Virus record (IMG/VR): IMGVR_UViG_3300048800_000113
Coordinates: 1-52,698 of that record
Reading direction: 5' to 3' (one strand)
DNA: 52,698 nt
From: a virus
Taxonomy: Duplodnaviria; Caudoviricetes
In this document: positions 36,587 to 45,373 of the stretch, piece after piece
Layout: the number at the start of each line of letters is the position of its first letter
Position numbering within the stretch: the stretch's first letter is position 1
Program-made: the position numbers and the translations under genes
Notes under the pieces: generated by a model
What the model was told of the DNA's origin: nothing
The model's database searches: none
What the model saw: the letters and a program-made list of their open reading frames with translations, nothing else

Positions 36587-37001
36587 GATGTGCAGGCAGG
36601 ATCTTGGCCGCGATTCCGGTGAAGGACAGATCATGCACCAGGTCATATCCGGGGTCGCTGGTAACGGTCGTTGCGATGAACGGGCTCTGGGTGTCGACCA
36701 CGAAGAACACCCACGCCCCTGTGTAGAAACCCTTGGCATCAGTCAGCCATCGGTAGACGCCGGCCGTGACCCGCGGGAAGCGAGTAGGCACCAGAGCGTC
36801 CCCATCGATAGACATGCCGTAGCTCACCAGCGGGCGCTCGATGAAGGTGGCACCGAAGTAGGCCGCCTCAGGCAGCTTGAACTCACCCCAGCCATGGGTG
36901 GTGAAGGATAGCTGAGCCGTAGCCAGCCGCGCAGAGTTCTCGCGGATCGCATCGAGCTGCCCACGACGCTGTTCGAGGGCCTGGAAGCCAGGATCAACCA
37001 T
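36576..37001 (-). CDS. Probable minor tail protein
   Basis: Beta-rich, at the end of the tail module. Confidence 0.5.
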   Translation of the reverse strand: MVDPGFQALEQRRGQLDAIRENSARLATAQLSFTTHGWGEFKLPEAAYFGATFIERPLVSYGMSIDGDALVPTRFPRVTAGVYRWLTDAKGFYTGAWVFFVVDTQSPFIATTVTSDPGYDLVHDLSFTGIAAKILPAHLFT

Positions 37002-37004
37002 GGC

Positions 37005-38279
37005 TCACACTCCGGTGAATCGAACGCGATTATCGAGCAGCTGGCCGCTGAGATTGGGCTTATTGCCAGGACCTTGAATCTTCCAGTTGCCAGGACCTTG
37101 AATCTTCCAGGCTATTACTGACGTGGTGTAGTCGACATCTGCGCCAACGATGCTGGTGACGGCGACAACCTCACCATTAGTAGGGTTTGCCACGACACAG
37201 GGGTAGTAGCCGCTACTCACCGCACCGGGGTCTGCAGGGATACCGAAATAAGGCAACGCAAGCGATTCCAGCACTGGAGGTGTAGCACTCTGATCCACCA
37301 CGCACCAGAACTCGCCGCTATAGACAGCCCCGTCGGTGACCTCGACGTACTGGTAGAGGATCTTTCCATCTGGTGAGCTGACTGGAATACTCGGGTTTGC
37401 CACAACCGATCCTGAGGTAATCAAGTCACCGACGTAGTCCCCGGTGAAGCTGTAATACTTCCCATTGTCGATGATCCCACCGAAGATGTATGGCGACCCC
37501 ACGGCAGTGGCCCACTGGTAGCCATATGGAGGATCTGGCGCACCTGGAAGTGTGGTCTGTCCGTCATAGGAACCACTGAGCCCATCGGCAGCCACAGTGA
37601 AGTTCCACAGCCCAGGACTGTTGGGTGTAGACGTAGTCACCGTTGCTGTGGTCATCACGAACTTAGTACTGTCGATGGGATCCATGAACAGCCCGACGAC
37701 CCCTTGGGTCATTACTATCCCAGTGGGGATCTCACACAGCATGACTCCGGTACTAGCCGTGAACACCTGTAGGACGGGTTTATAGGAACCGTCTCTACAG
37801 GTGATGACCACTCGATCGGCTGTGCGGTCATAGACGTAGTTGAACGATCCATTATAGTCGTACGCATACGTGGTGGTGGTGGTCGTAAACAGCACAGTTG
37901 GAGCAGCAGGGAATGGAGCGAGACTGTTGCAGTCAACAATCCAGCTCTGGTAGGTACGGGTGTTGAACCATCCGCTGCTGTAATAGCGATCCTGAGCCTG
38001 AGAAATCAGCAGGACCTTGTTACCTGCAATGGCTATCGCTCTTGGTATCGGAGACTGGTGCAGAGCAAAAGTGATATCTGCCGTGCCCAGCACGCTCAGG
38101 TCTGACGCCAGATGCCACATCCTGATGATCTGAGGAGTCCCGAAGGAGTACATCATCGAAGCGACGAAGTAGGTCCCATCATCCAAGAGGGCAACAGTGG
38201 GCTGCAGATCTGTGACAAACCCAGTCCCAGAGCCAAGGTTTGTCTCAATGACAGCATTGGTGATAACGCTCAAAGTCAC
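37005..38279 (-). CDS. Probable receptor-binding/minor tail protein (beta-rich, lower GC)
   Basis: T/S/Y/G-rich; atypical codon usage; in-frame 24-bp tandem duplication near the C-terminus. Confidence 0.55.
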   Translation of the reverse strand: MTLSVITNAVIETNLGSGTGFVTDLQPTVALLDDGTYFVASMMYSFGTPQIIRMWHLASDLSVLGTADITFALHQSPIPRAIAIAGNKVLLISQAQDRYYSSGWFNTRTYQSWIVDCNSLAPFPAAPTVLFTTTTTTYAYDYNGSFNYVYDRTADRVVITCRDGSYKPVLQVFTASTGVMLCEIPTGIVMTQGVVGLFMDPIDSTKFVMTTATVTTSTPNSPGLWNFTVAADGLSGSYDGQTTLPGAPDPPYGYQWATAVGSPYIFGGIIDNGKYYSFTGDYVGDLITSGSVVANPSIPVSSPDGKILYQYVEVTDGAVYSGEFWCVVDQSATPPVLESLALPYFGIPADPGAVSSGYYPCVVANPTNGEVVAVTSIVGADVDYTTSVIAWKIQGPGNWKIQGPGNKPNLSGQLLDNRVRFTGV

Positions 38280-41200
38280 GGGATCTTCCCAATCGAACGC
38301 AGGTACTGCCGAGCCTCGACGGAGAGGTTGGCCGGATTAAACGTCCAGGCCGAGAACGCGGTGTCACCCAGCCAGTGGGTGTCCAGGTCGTAGGTGTACT
38401 TGCCGGTCTCCAGGGACCAGTTCATCGAGATGCCGATGACGTACTGGAGGAACGCCTCCTCAGAGACGCGCTCGTAGACACGCACCTGGTCGTCGACCTG
38501 GATCGCAGGGTTGCCAGGGATGGTCACCTTGTCCGTGCGGTAGGTGAACAGCTGGCGCAAGGTGATGAGGTCAGCCATGATCTGGCACTCAGCGGTGGTG
38601 GCAAAGTGCTGGTCCGTGAAGCCACCGACCCGACGCAGCCCACTGGGATAAGGGTTGTGCCCGTTGGACATCGCCGCGATCTGACCCGAGACGTTGGCCA
38701 CGAAGACCTTCTCGCGGATACTGCGACCAGACATCTTGGCGCCCAGGCCCATCAGCGTCGTGGTCTCGTCGATGACAACGACCGTTGTTGTACGCCCGGA
38801 GTTGGGGCCGCCGTTGCCAATCCAGTTGCCGACGCTCCAGATGTTGGGCGAGCGGAAGACCGCACCGCCGCCTTCATCGATGAAAAAGAGGTAGCCCACG
38901 ATGTCTTTCACATAAGTGATGCAATTATGAACGACGAACTCGCCCTTACCGACCGTGAATGACGGATCGCCGTCAACGCTCAAATCCCACAGCACGACCT
39001 CACCGTGCTCATCACAGAGGGCAGTCCATCCAGGATCTCCCTGTCGGAGAACCTCAGTACGGTCCACCCTTGCGAGATGAGCCATGCGTCGCGCAGTTGA
39101 TCCTTCTCTCGCCTGACCCTCAGAGCATGGCCGGGATCGTCCACCTCGACAGCCACCTTCATCGCTGGATTGGCCAGATCCACTCGCATCGACACAATAC
39201 CCTCGACGGTTCCCAGAGGAGACATCCAAAACTCTGGATACCAGTCGTCGCCCAGTGCTCGCCAGAGCATGAACTGCGCCTCCGAGAGACCGCCCCAGAC
39301 TGGATTCACCGTCCGACTCTGACGACACTTCATCGAACATGCGACCTGCGCTACCACCATGGGATGAAACGACTCGCCACAACCCACGCAAATCCGATCC
39401 TCGAAAGTTCGAGCCGCCGCAAAGCACGGCCGGGAGCAGTACCTCCTCCCCAAGTCCCCTCTGAACTCCACCCCGCACTGAGGACAGACATAGCTCGGAT
39501 TGCGCGTCTTGTGTTTCGCCGCCAATGCCCGTCGACAAGGATCCGAACATGTCTTTCTCGGACCCTTGGGTGTCCGTGTTGCCATGAACTCCACTCCGCA
39601 CCATTCGCAGGCTTTCAGAATGTTGACGTACTTCGTCCCCGACCTTGAGCTCATCAGCCCTGACCCAACCTCTCACCGTCCAGAAGAGGTGGCCGGCGCT
39701 GGTCACGATCTGCTCGCCGTCGATCACGGTCGCAACAACGGACGTTGCCAGTTGGCTCTTGCGTCCTGTCACGCGACCGTAGCCACCACGGTTGGCAACC
39801 ACATCACCAAGCCGCAGATCCTCTATCGGTCGGTGACCGCCAGGAACTTTGACAAGAGTCCCGGCAAGCACACAATCCATCACCGGCTTCTTGTCGAAGA
39901 CACTCATCGGGATGGCCACCAGCGGAGCAGTGCCGGTCTCCTCGAAGTCCCCCCAGACCCTGCCCTTGACCAGTGCCCTGTCATCGCTAGGAGCCACCGT
40001 GGTGACCCTGGTGCCATTGCTGTACGTCCTGAAGGCGTGCGTGGCCTCACGCGGCCAGTAGAAGCCGGCATAGGCCAACACCAGCTTAGGAATGTCGGTG
40101 TAGTCATAGATCCGAGGAGGGGCCGTCAGCGGCTCGATGTGGGTGCCGCCGGGGGTCGTGGTGGTAACGGTCGTTCCCACCGCTCCGGAGACCTTGAACG
40201 ACCGCACACCAGCTCGGTAGCGGTAGGTGCCAATGCCGGAGTTGCACAGGTTGGTGAAGGTCAGCCGGATCTTGGTAGCGCCAGCGATGGCCTTGAAAGC
40301 AACCGCCTTGGTCTCCTCGTTGTTCACGTGGAAGCGGGTCACGAAGCGGATGTTGGATCCGTTCGGGGCGCTAACCGGATCGTTGGGGTTGTAGGGCACC
40401 GTCTGGTCGCCCTGCCACTTGCCACCGGCGAACACGCTGACGTAGCAGGTGTAGGGCCCGCCCCACACCCGGAACCGCACGCCCGAGACCTTCTGGGAGG
40501 TGAACTTGCCTTGGATGAACTCGAAGGAGTAGTCCGCGTCAGGACGGGCGTTACCAATCGAGAGCCAGTAGGTGGCGTCGCTGGTGTCGAAGGCGTCGGG
40601 CCCGGTGTGCCCGTAGACGCTGCCGCCGTTGCCGACGTAGGGCAGGTTCGAGCTGGTCTCGTAGTGAGGCTGGACCCAGCCCGCGGACATGCCACCGGTG
40701 GACGTCACGATGTCGGGGTTCTTGACGTCATGGGCCGTCTCGAACCACAGCGGGTAGGAGGCGAAGGGCACGATCGGTGGGAAGAGGATCTGGTCCAACA
40801 AGATGGAGCCGATGTCCCTGCAAGTCACAGTGATGATGCCGTCATGGGTGAAGTCAACGTCGTCGATGCGCCACGTGCCGCTCTGGTAGAGGTGCGTGTC
40901 CACCTCTGGAGCCACGCTCGCATCGAAGCCGTAGCCCTCGTAGGTATTCCCGGTGTAAAAGACGGACCCATTGCGTCGCGCAAGCCAATTCTTGTGCTTA
41001 ACCCTTGGACACCAGACATGCCCTTCGTAGGGTTCCTGCATCACCCCATTCGCACGTCGATCCCCCTGGTAAGCAGCATCGTGAGGTGAAGTCACAGTCT
41101 GGCGCAGCAACGTCACGGCGCGACAACTTCCATGCTTCTTCGTGTGAGTTGGCTGCCCAGCAAGAGCGCAAGCAAACTCAAATGCTTTTACGCGCACCTC

Positions 41201-42463
41201 ATTCTGAAGGAAGGTCTCCGAACCGGTTCCATCACCCAGAATGCTGACATCGATAAACAATCTCAATTGCGACTGCGTCAGCGAGGTCAAGAACTCAGGG
41301 CTAGGGATCTTGTCTGGACCACAGATGACCTTGCGCAGTTCCCTAGCGACTTCCTGGGTGAAGACAAAGCAGTTCTGCCCTGGCCTGGTGTGTCCATCTC
41401 GCCATTTATACACCTTCGTGTTAGCCCGCTTACCACTTGCCCACCGATACACGGAGATGTTACTCACGCCGAGCTTCTCGGCAACATCCCGAACGGCCAT
41501 CCCTCGTTGACGAAGCCTGATAGCTTCGTCAACGATCTCTTGCGGCACATATGGTCCACGCGGCAACGGGCCAGGAGTTCCGTACATGCGATACATGAGA
41601 TCACGAATGCGCTTGGAGTTTTGAGGGTTCACAATTTCAGACTGACTGATGGACCCACCGCTATCTAGACCACGCAAGCGATGGTCAGCAGTACCCTCTG
41701 TGTAATACCACGCTGCCAGTTCCACAAAATCATCCGAATAACTGGCGACGATATCCTTGGCCTGCGACACGGCCAGAGGAATGTATGAATGCCTGTCAAG
41801 CGTCTCCGTGGTCCGCCAGTCAAACTTGCCGTAGCGCTTAGTTAGCCATCGGTGGTTGCCAGTGGTTAGAGAATCGTGCGTGCGTGTCTTGAGCCTTGTA
41901 AGTTCACCAACAAACGGAGCGCGAAACACCTCAACAATGCTTTGCCATTCAGCGTTACCTGTTGCCGGGTTGATCCCGAGCGTCTCGTCCCCTTCGGCGA
42001 CCTGGTCCCACGCAAGCCATCCACGCTTGGTAAGGATCTCCGTTTCAGTATCAACACACCTGATGATGCGATCGGGGACAAGCCAGTCCTGCCAGCCGTT
42101 GGCGGTCCTACTCCAGCGCGAGGAGTGAGCGGTGACGCCCCTCAAGGGGCTGTAGAACCCCGGCTGATCCAGGTCATTGTTCTGCGGTGGCTCACCGATC
42201 GGCAAAGGCTGCGTGTTGTAGAGCGTCATGGTCATGTCGGCCACGCCGCTGTCCACGGTGCGCTTCCACTTGACGTCCTTGAGGTTCGGCAGCTCGAGCG
42301 GCATGTTCGCCTGGCCGAAGGGCACGCTCGAGTACTGCTGGTTGCCATAGGACATGACAATCAGGTCCAGCCGCTGGATCGTGGCACGGACCATGGGCCG
42401 ATTGGTGCCCACGTAGTCGCCAGAGGCCCAGGCGTTCTTGGTCGCCGTGGTCGTGGTCCTCAC
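38276..42463 (-). CDS. Large minor tail protein (Tal/baseplate-hub-like) interrupted by two inteins
   Basis: Downstream of tape measure and distal-tail-like genes; W.IDDV..ITVTCRD and IPGNPAIQVDDQV tail-hub patterns; GTG 42463 overlaps the upstream TGA. Confidence 0.8.
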   Translation of the reverse strand: MRTTTTATKNAWASGDYVGTNRPMVRATIQRLDLIVMSYGNQQYSSVPFGQANMPLELPNLKDVKWKRTVDSGVADMTMTLYNTQPLPIGEPPQNNDLDQPGFYSPLRGVTAHSSRWSRTANGWQDWLVPDRIIRCVDTETEILTKRGWLAWDQVAEGDETLGINPATGNAEWQSIVEVFRAPFVGELTRLKTRTHDSLTTGNHRWLTKRYGKFDWRTTETLDRHSYIPLAVSQAKDIVASYSDDFVELAAWYYTEGTADHRLRGLDSGGSISQSEIVNPQNSKRIRDLMYRMYGTPGPLPRGPYVPQEIVDEAIRLRQRGMAVRDVAEKLGVSNISVYRWASGKRANTKVYKWRDGHTRPGQNCFVFTQEVARELRKVICGPDKIPSPEFLTSLTQSQLRLFIDVSILGDGTGSETFLQNEVRVKAFEFACALAGQPTHTKKHGSCRAVTLLRQTVTSPHDAAYQGDRRANGVMQEPYEGHVWCPRVKHKNWLARRNGSVFYTGNTYEGYGFDASVAPEVDTHLYQSGTWRIDDVDFTHDGIITVTCRDIGSILLDQILFPPIVPFASYPLWFETAHDVKNPDIVTSTGGMSAGWVQPHYETSSNLPYVGNGGSVYGHTGPDAFDTSDATYWLSIGNARPDADYSFEFIQGKFTSQKVSGVRFRVWGGPYTCYVSVFAGGKWQGDQTVPYNPNDPVSAPNGSNIRFVTRFHVNNEETKAVAFKAIAGATKIRLTFTNLCNSGIGTYRYRAGVRSFKVSGAVGTTVTTTTPGGTHIEPLTAPPRIYDYTDIPKLVLAYAGFYWPREATHAFRTYSNGTRVTTVAPSDDRALVKGRVWGDFEETGTAPLVAIPMSVFDKKPVMDCVLAGTLVKVPGGHRPIEDLRLGDVVANRGGYGRVTGRKSQLATSVVATVIDGEQIVTSAGHLFWTVRGWVRADELKVGDEVRQHSESLRMVRSGVHGNTDTQGSEKDMFGSLSTGIGGETQDAQSELCLSSVRGGVQRGLGEEVLLPAVLCGGSNFRGSDLRGLWRVVSSHGGSAGRMFDEVSSESDGESSLGRSLGGAVHALASTGRRLVSRVLDVSSGNRRGYCVDASGSGQSSDEGGCRGGRSRPCSEGQAREGSTARRMAHLARVDRTEVLRQGDPGWTALCDEHGEVVLWDLSVDGDPSFTVGKGEFVVHNCITYVKDIVGYLFFIDEGGGAVFRSPNIWSVGNWIGNGGPNSGRTTTVVVIDETTTLMGLGAKMSGRSIREKVFVANVSGQIAAMSNGHNPYPSGLRRVGGFTDQHFATTAECQIMADLITLRQLFTYRTDKVTIPGNPAIQVDDQVRVYERVSEEAFLQYVIGISMNWSLETGKYTYDLDTHWLGDTAFSAWTFNPANLSVEARQYLRSIGKIP
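38924..39874 (-). mobile_element. Intein 2 (317 aa) in the minor tail protein
   Basis: MD|CVLAGTLVKVPGG.RPIEDL..GD.V; block B TSAGHLFWT..GWVRADEL..GD; block F VLWDLSV.G..SF; block G FVVHN|C. Confidence 0.92.
38980..39654 (-). CDS. Nested out-of-frame endonuclease: three CxxC..CSxxC Zn repeats + DUF559/Vsr-like domain
   Basis: +1 frame relative to the intein; LSEAQFMLWRAL..RVDLA..KVAVEVD..H..KDQLRDAWL..GWTVLRF.D.EI. Confidence 0.85.
   Translation of the reverse strand: MSSRSGTKYVNILKACEWCGVEFMATRTPKGPRKTCSDPCRRALAAKHKTRNPSYVCPQCGVEFRGDLGRRYCSRPCFAAARTFEDRICVGCGESFHPMVVAQVACSMKCRQSRTVNPVWGGLSEAQFMLWRALGDDWYPEFWMSPLGTVEGIVSMRVDLANPAMKVAVEVDDPGHALRVRREKDQLRDAWLISQGWTVLRFSDREILDGLPSVMSTVRSCCGI
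40946..42058 (-). mobile_element. Intein 1 (371 aa) in the minor tail protein, LAGLIDADG-like with HTH insertion
   Basis: IR|CVDTETEILTKRGW; block B LTTGNHRW; LAAWYYTEG and FIDVSILGDG; block F HVWCP.V; ends FYTGN|T. Confidence 0.88.
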
Positions 42464-42843
42464 GAGAGCCTCCGGTAGTACAGCATGTCCACGGTGTAAT
42501 GGAACAGCCACGGGTTGTGGCCGCCCGACTTCTCAACGGGCGTTGGTGAGAAGCGCTGGCCGAGGACTTCATGCACGCGGCCGAAGTGGTCGGTCAGCTG
42601 CAGCCGGTTCGGCCGGTTCACCCAGGCCTCCAGCGCGTCGTACTCGTCCTGGGTGCGCAGCTTGCCGTTGAACGACCACGTGAAAGGTTTGTCAGGGGTC
42701 CGAGAGCTGCGGACCTTGCCGTCGATGGGTGACTTCGCCAGCGCCTTGGTCGTGTGCGGCTGAGCCATCGAGGCCATCGTCGCCGGGTTGTGCGAGAAGA
42801 CCAGCGTCTGGTTGGCCACCGGGTCGTGGAGCTGCCACCTCAT
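42460..42843 (-). CDS. Minor tail (distal-tail-like) protein
   Basis: RWQLHDP..LVF..NP..M resembles the C-terminal domain of 43334..44161. Confidence 0.65.
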   Translation of the reverse strand: MRWQLHDPVANQTLVFSHNPATMASMAQPHTTKALAKSPIDGKVRSSRTPDKPFTWSFNGKLRTQDEYDALEAWVNRPNRLQLTDHFGRVHEVLGQRFSPTPVEKSGGHNPWLFHYTVDMLYYRRLS

Positions 42844-43334
42844 AGCTGCACCGTGACCTTACGACGGGCCGCGTATCGGGCCGCTGCAGCTCTATTGCAG
42901 GCCCGACAGTACCGCTTACCGTGCTTATCAATGTAGGTGTTGGCCTCGTCGTACGCATGACGCTGTGGGCAGCGGGTTTTGTCCTGGTTGCCGTTATTGC
43001 TGCGGCCCTTTGCATTGCGATCCGCGGCATTCTCTGCGTCCGTCCCAAGGAAGAGGTGCCCCTCGGGGTAGCCTTCGGTCGGCTCAGTCTCACAGCAGGG
43101 TGGATTGTCGCAGTGATGGAGCACCTTCATGCCGGGCGGGATCGGACCGAAGGCCAACTCCCATGCAAGACGATGAGTCCGGACCTCCACCCCAAAGACA
43201 CTGATCCGGCCATAGCCATACCCGTGCCCGGTCCATTCCAGACATCCGTTCGGCATCCTCACCAACTTCGCAGCGAGACGCTCACGGATTGTCATGCCCA
43301 TGTACGTGCCGTCAGCCAAGCAGTACCTACCCAT
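42840..43334 (-). CDS. HNH homing endonuclease inserted in the tail module
   Basis: GCLEWTG..YGRI..THRLAW..VLHHCDNPPC..HLFLGT..N; CPQRHAY..NT..YCRAC. Confidence 0.9.
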   Translation of the reverse strand: MGRYCLADGTYMGMTIRERLAAKLVRMPNGCLEWTGHGYGYGRISVFGVEVRTHRLAWELAFGPIPPGMKVLHHCDNPPCCETEPTEGYPEGHLFLGTDAENAADRNAKGRSNNGNQDKTRCPQRHAYDEANTYIDKHGKRYCRACNRAAAARYAARRKVTVQL

Positions 43335-44161
43335 TAGAGTTGCACCGGCCCTGCGTAGATGATCGCCTTGAGCTGGTAGGTGAACGCCCAGTCGTTGTAG
43401 GCCTCGGGCAGCCGGGTCCAGGCGATGTTCTCCAGCGTCACCGTCCACGCACGAGAGAGATGGTCGATCATGTAGACCCGCCTGGGCATGGCCAGGAACG
43501 TCTCCAGCGCGTCGTGGAAGGCTTCCGTGCGGCAAGCGCCCTCCACCGTCCAGTCGACGCCCACAGGGGCTCCCTCGAACGTCAGAGGCTGCCCATCAGA
43601 CGCGGTGGAGTGCTCGATAGCGAACACCCTCCCCGCGTGCGGCGGAGACATCTTGCTCGGGCTGATCGGGAAGACGAAGCTCTCGCCTCCCGAGGTCGGA
43701 TCCTGCAAGACCCACCTGGTAACGCCCGTTTGCGTGACCGCTACCGGCGGGGAGTCTGCGGCCAGGCCCACCGGATAAGACACAGGCGGGTTGGTCACGA
43801 TGAACGAGACCGTGCCGGACAGCGTAGGCGTGGTCGCAGTGATTGTGTGCGAGCCCGCAGTCAGAGCCGGCAGTGGGATGGACATCCCGATGACCTGACC
43901 GTTGCTATCCAGCGTTGCTCCGAAGATCGTCACGCCACCGTCGATCGAGAAGTTGACAGGATCATTCGGTACCCCGTTGCTGACGGTGACCTTCAGCCAC
44001 GACGGAGTGGTGAGCACAGCAGCCAGGATTTCGACCTGCAGCGGGGCAACGCGAGCGCCACCGGCCCAGGTCACGGTGCCCGTGTCGGTGTACGTGGTCG
44101 TGGCCGGATGGACCCGCACGTAGTAGACGACACCCTCAGAGACCGGCGCCAGAACGGTCAT
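43334..44161 (-). CDS. Minor tail protein
   Basis: Ig-like beta region + distal-tail-like C-terminal domain. Confidence 0.65.
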   Translation of the reverse strand: MTVLAPVSEGVVYYVRVHPATTTYTDTGTVTWAGGARVAPLQVEILAAVLTTPSWLKVTVSNGVPNDPVNFSIDGGVTIFGATLDSNGQVIGMSIPLPALTAGSHTITATTPTLSGTVSFIVTNPPVSYPVGLAADSPPVAVTQTGVTRWVLQDPTSGGESFVFPISPSKMSPPHAGRVFAIEHSTASDGQPLTFEGAPVGVDWTVEGACRTEAFHDALETFLAMPRRVYMIDHLSRAWTVTLENIAWTRLPEAYNDWAFTYQLKAIIYAGPVQL

Positions 44162-44820
44162 GTCAGGGCCATCGCATTCACAGGACTGGCAGCCACAACG
44201 ACTGCACCGAGATCGACGAGCTCGGCTCGCAGCGGAGTGGCAACGGTCGTTGCCAGAGCACTCACCGTGACCGCACCGAGAGTGACCAGGGAGCTGCCGT
44301 CAGTGGCTATAAAGGTCAGGTCGTCGGGCCCGGCTCCGGGCGGGCCCGCGTAGAGCTCGATGTCAGCACCATGAGCAAAGCCGCTAGTCGAGGCCAGCCA
44401 GTCGGCCACCTGGGACTCAGTGAACTCATACCAGATCGAGGGTGCCGCCGCAGGACCGGTGAGCGCCACTGGCTCGGTAGCCACGAACAGAGCGCTGGCG
44501 AAGTCAAGCACGCGAGTGTCCGAGTCCGACGCAGCATAGGGGTTGGCCAAAGTCCCCGACTGGGCCAGGGTGAGCGCGCTTGCCAGCTCGGCAAACACCG
44601 TGATCGCGCCCAGGTCGACAGGAGTAGGCCCAACGACCACGGCGGGAGTGATCAGCGTCGAGTCGGCCACCAGAGCGACGTCGGCAGTAAAGATCGTGGC
44701 CGCGTCAGTGATCAGGGTCGAGTCCGCAACCAGCGCGTCAGCAGCGAGCGAGGTCGCCAAGCCATCTGCAGTCAGAATGCTCTCTGCGACAAGATCCGCG
44801 GCACCGGTGACGTCGGCCAT
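44158..44820 (-). CDS. Minor tail protein with short internal repeats
   Basis: GAGGAGG RBS; repeats (A)LVA(D/E)S(T/I)L(I/T). Confidence 0.55.
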   Translation of the reverse strand: MADVTGAADLVAESILTADGLATSLAADALVADSTLITDAATIFTADVALVADSTLITPAVVVGPTPVDLGAITVFAELASALTLAQSGTLANPYAASDSDTRVLDFASALFVATEPVALTGPAAAPSIWYEFTESQVADWLASTSGFAHGADIELYAGPPGAGPDDLTFIATDGSSLVTLGAVTVSALATTVATPLRAELVDLGAVVVAASPVNAMALT

Positions 44821-44852
44821 ACCCCCACCTCCTCATCTGGAAACGGGCGTTG

Positions 44853-45278
44853 TCAGGCGGTCATCGTGAAGGCGCCGGCGGCGATGACAGGCGCGCCACC
44901 GGTCAGGACATTGACCGAGGTACCTAGTGCGCCGTACCCGCGATAGGCGTCGCCGCCGGCCGCGTCATACATCGCCACCCCGACGACCTTGGTCGCCCCA
45001 GCGGCCCAGTCGGCGGTTGCGGTAGGCCACTGGATGGCAGCCACAGCGGCCTTGACGCGCGCAGCAGCGGCCGGGAAGTTGGTCAGGTTGGCCACGACCG
45101 CCACGCGAGCGTAGGAGCCGCCAGCGACCTCCACGGCGCCCGCACCGGTGTCATCCGTGGGTGCCGTGGTGACCAGCGCGAAGTACCACGTCGTCGGGAA
45201 GGCTGATGCCGAGTGGCTCAGGATGACATCGAGCAGGTTGTTCGCATCGGCCGTGCTGAGCTTGTTACCTGCTGTCAT
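44853..45278 (-). CDS. Minor tail/fiber-associated protein
   Basis: YFAL.T..P.D.G....EV.GGSYARV pattern common in tail-associated proteins. Confidence 0.65.
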   Translation of the reverse strand: MTAGNKLSTADANNLLDVILSHSASAFPTTWYFALVTTAPTDDTGAGAVEVAGGSYARVAVVANLTNFPAAAARVKAAVAAIQWPTATADWAAGATKVVGVAMYDAAGGDAYRGYGALGTSVNVLTGGAPVIAAGAFTMTA

Positions 45279-45373
45279 CGGACTCTTCCTCTGTCTCTTC
45301 CTGCGTGTCGATCACGACGATCTCGACGGGGCCTAGGTCGATCGGCTCGCCGCGTGAAACGATCTGTGGCATC

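Noticed and set aside
36480-36590. Sigma-28 (WhiG) promoter from GCCGA-containing words
   Set aside because: No properly spaced TAAA -35 element on the coding strand.
38959-41089. Long plus-strand ORFs 38959..39648 and 39500..41089 (also 28300..29415, 33160..34557, 45305..46447, 48386..49531)
   Set aside because: Antisense shadows of GC-rich genes with no motifs or RBS. They show that open frames arise easily here, so the nested nuclease call rests on its motifs, not on ORF length.
44640-44800. Diversity-generating retroelement template/variable repeats
   Set aside because: These are short in-frame protein repeats, differences are not adenine-specific, and no reverse transcriptase is present in the window.
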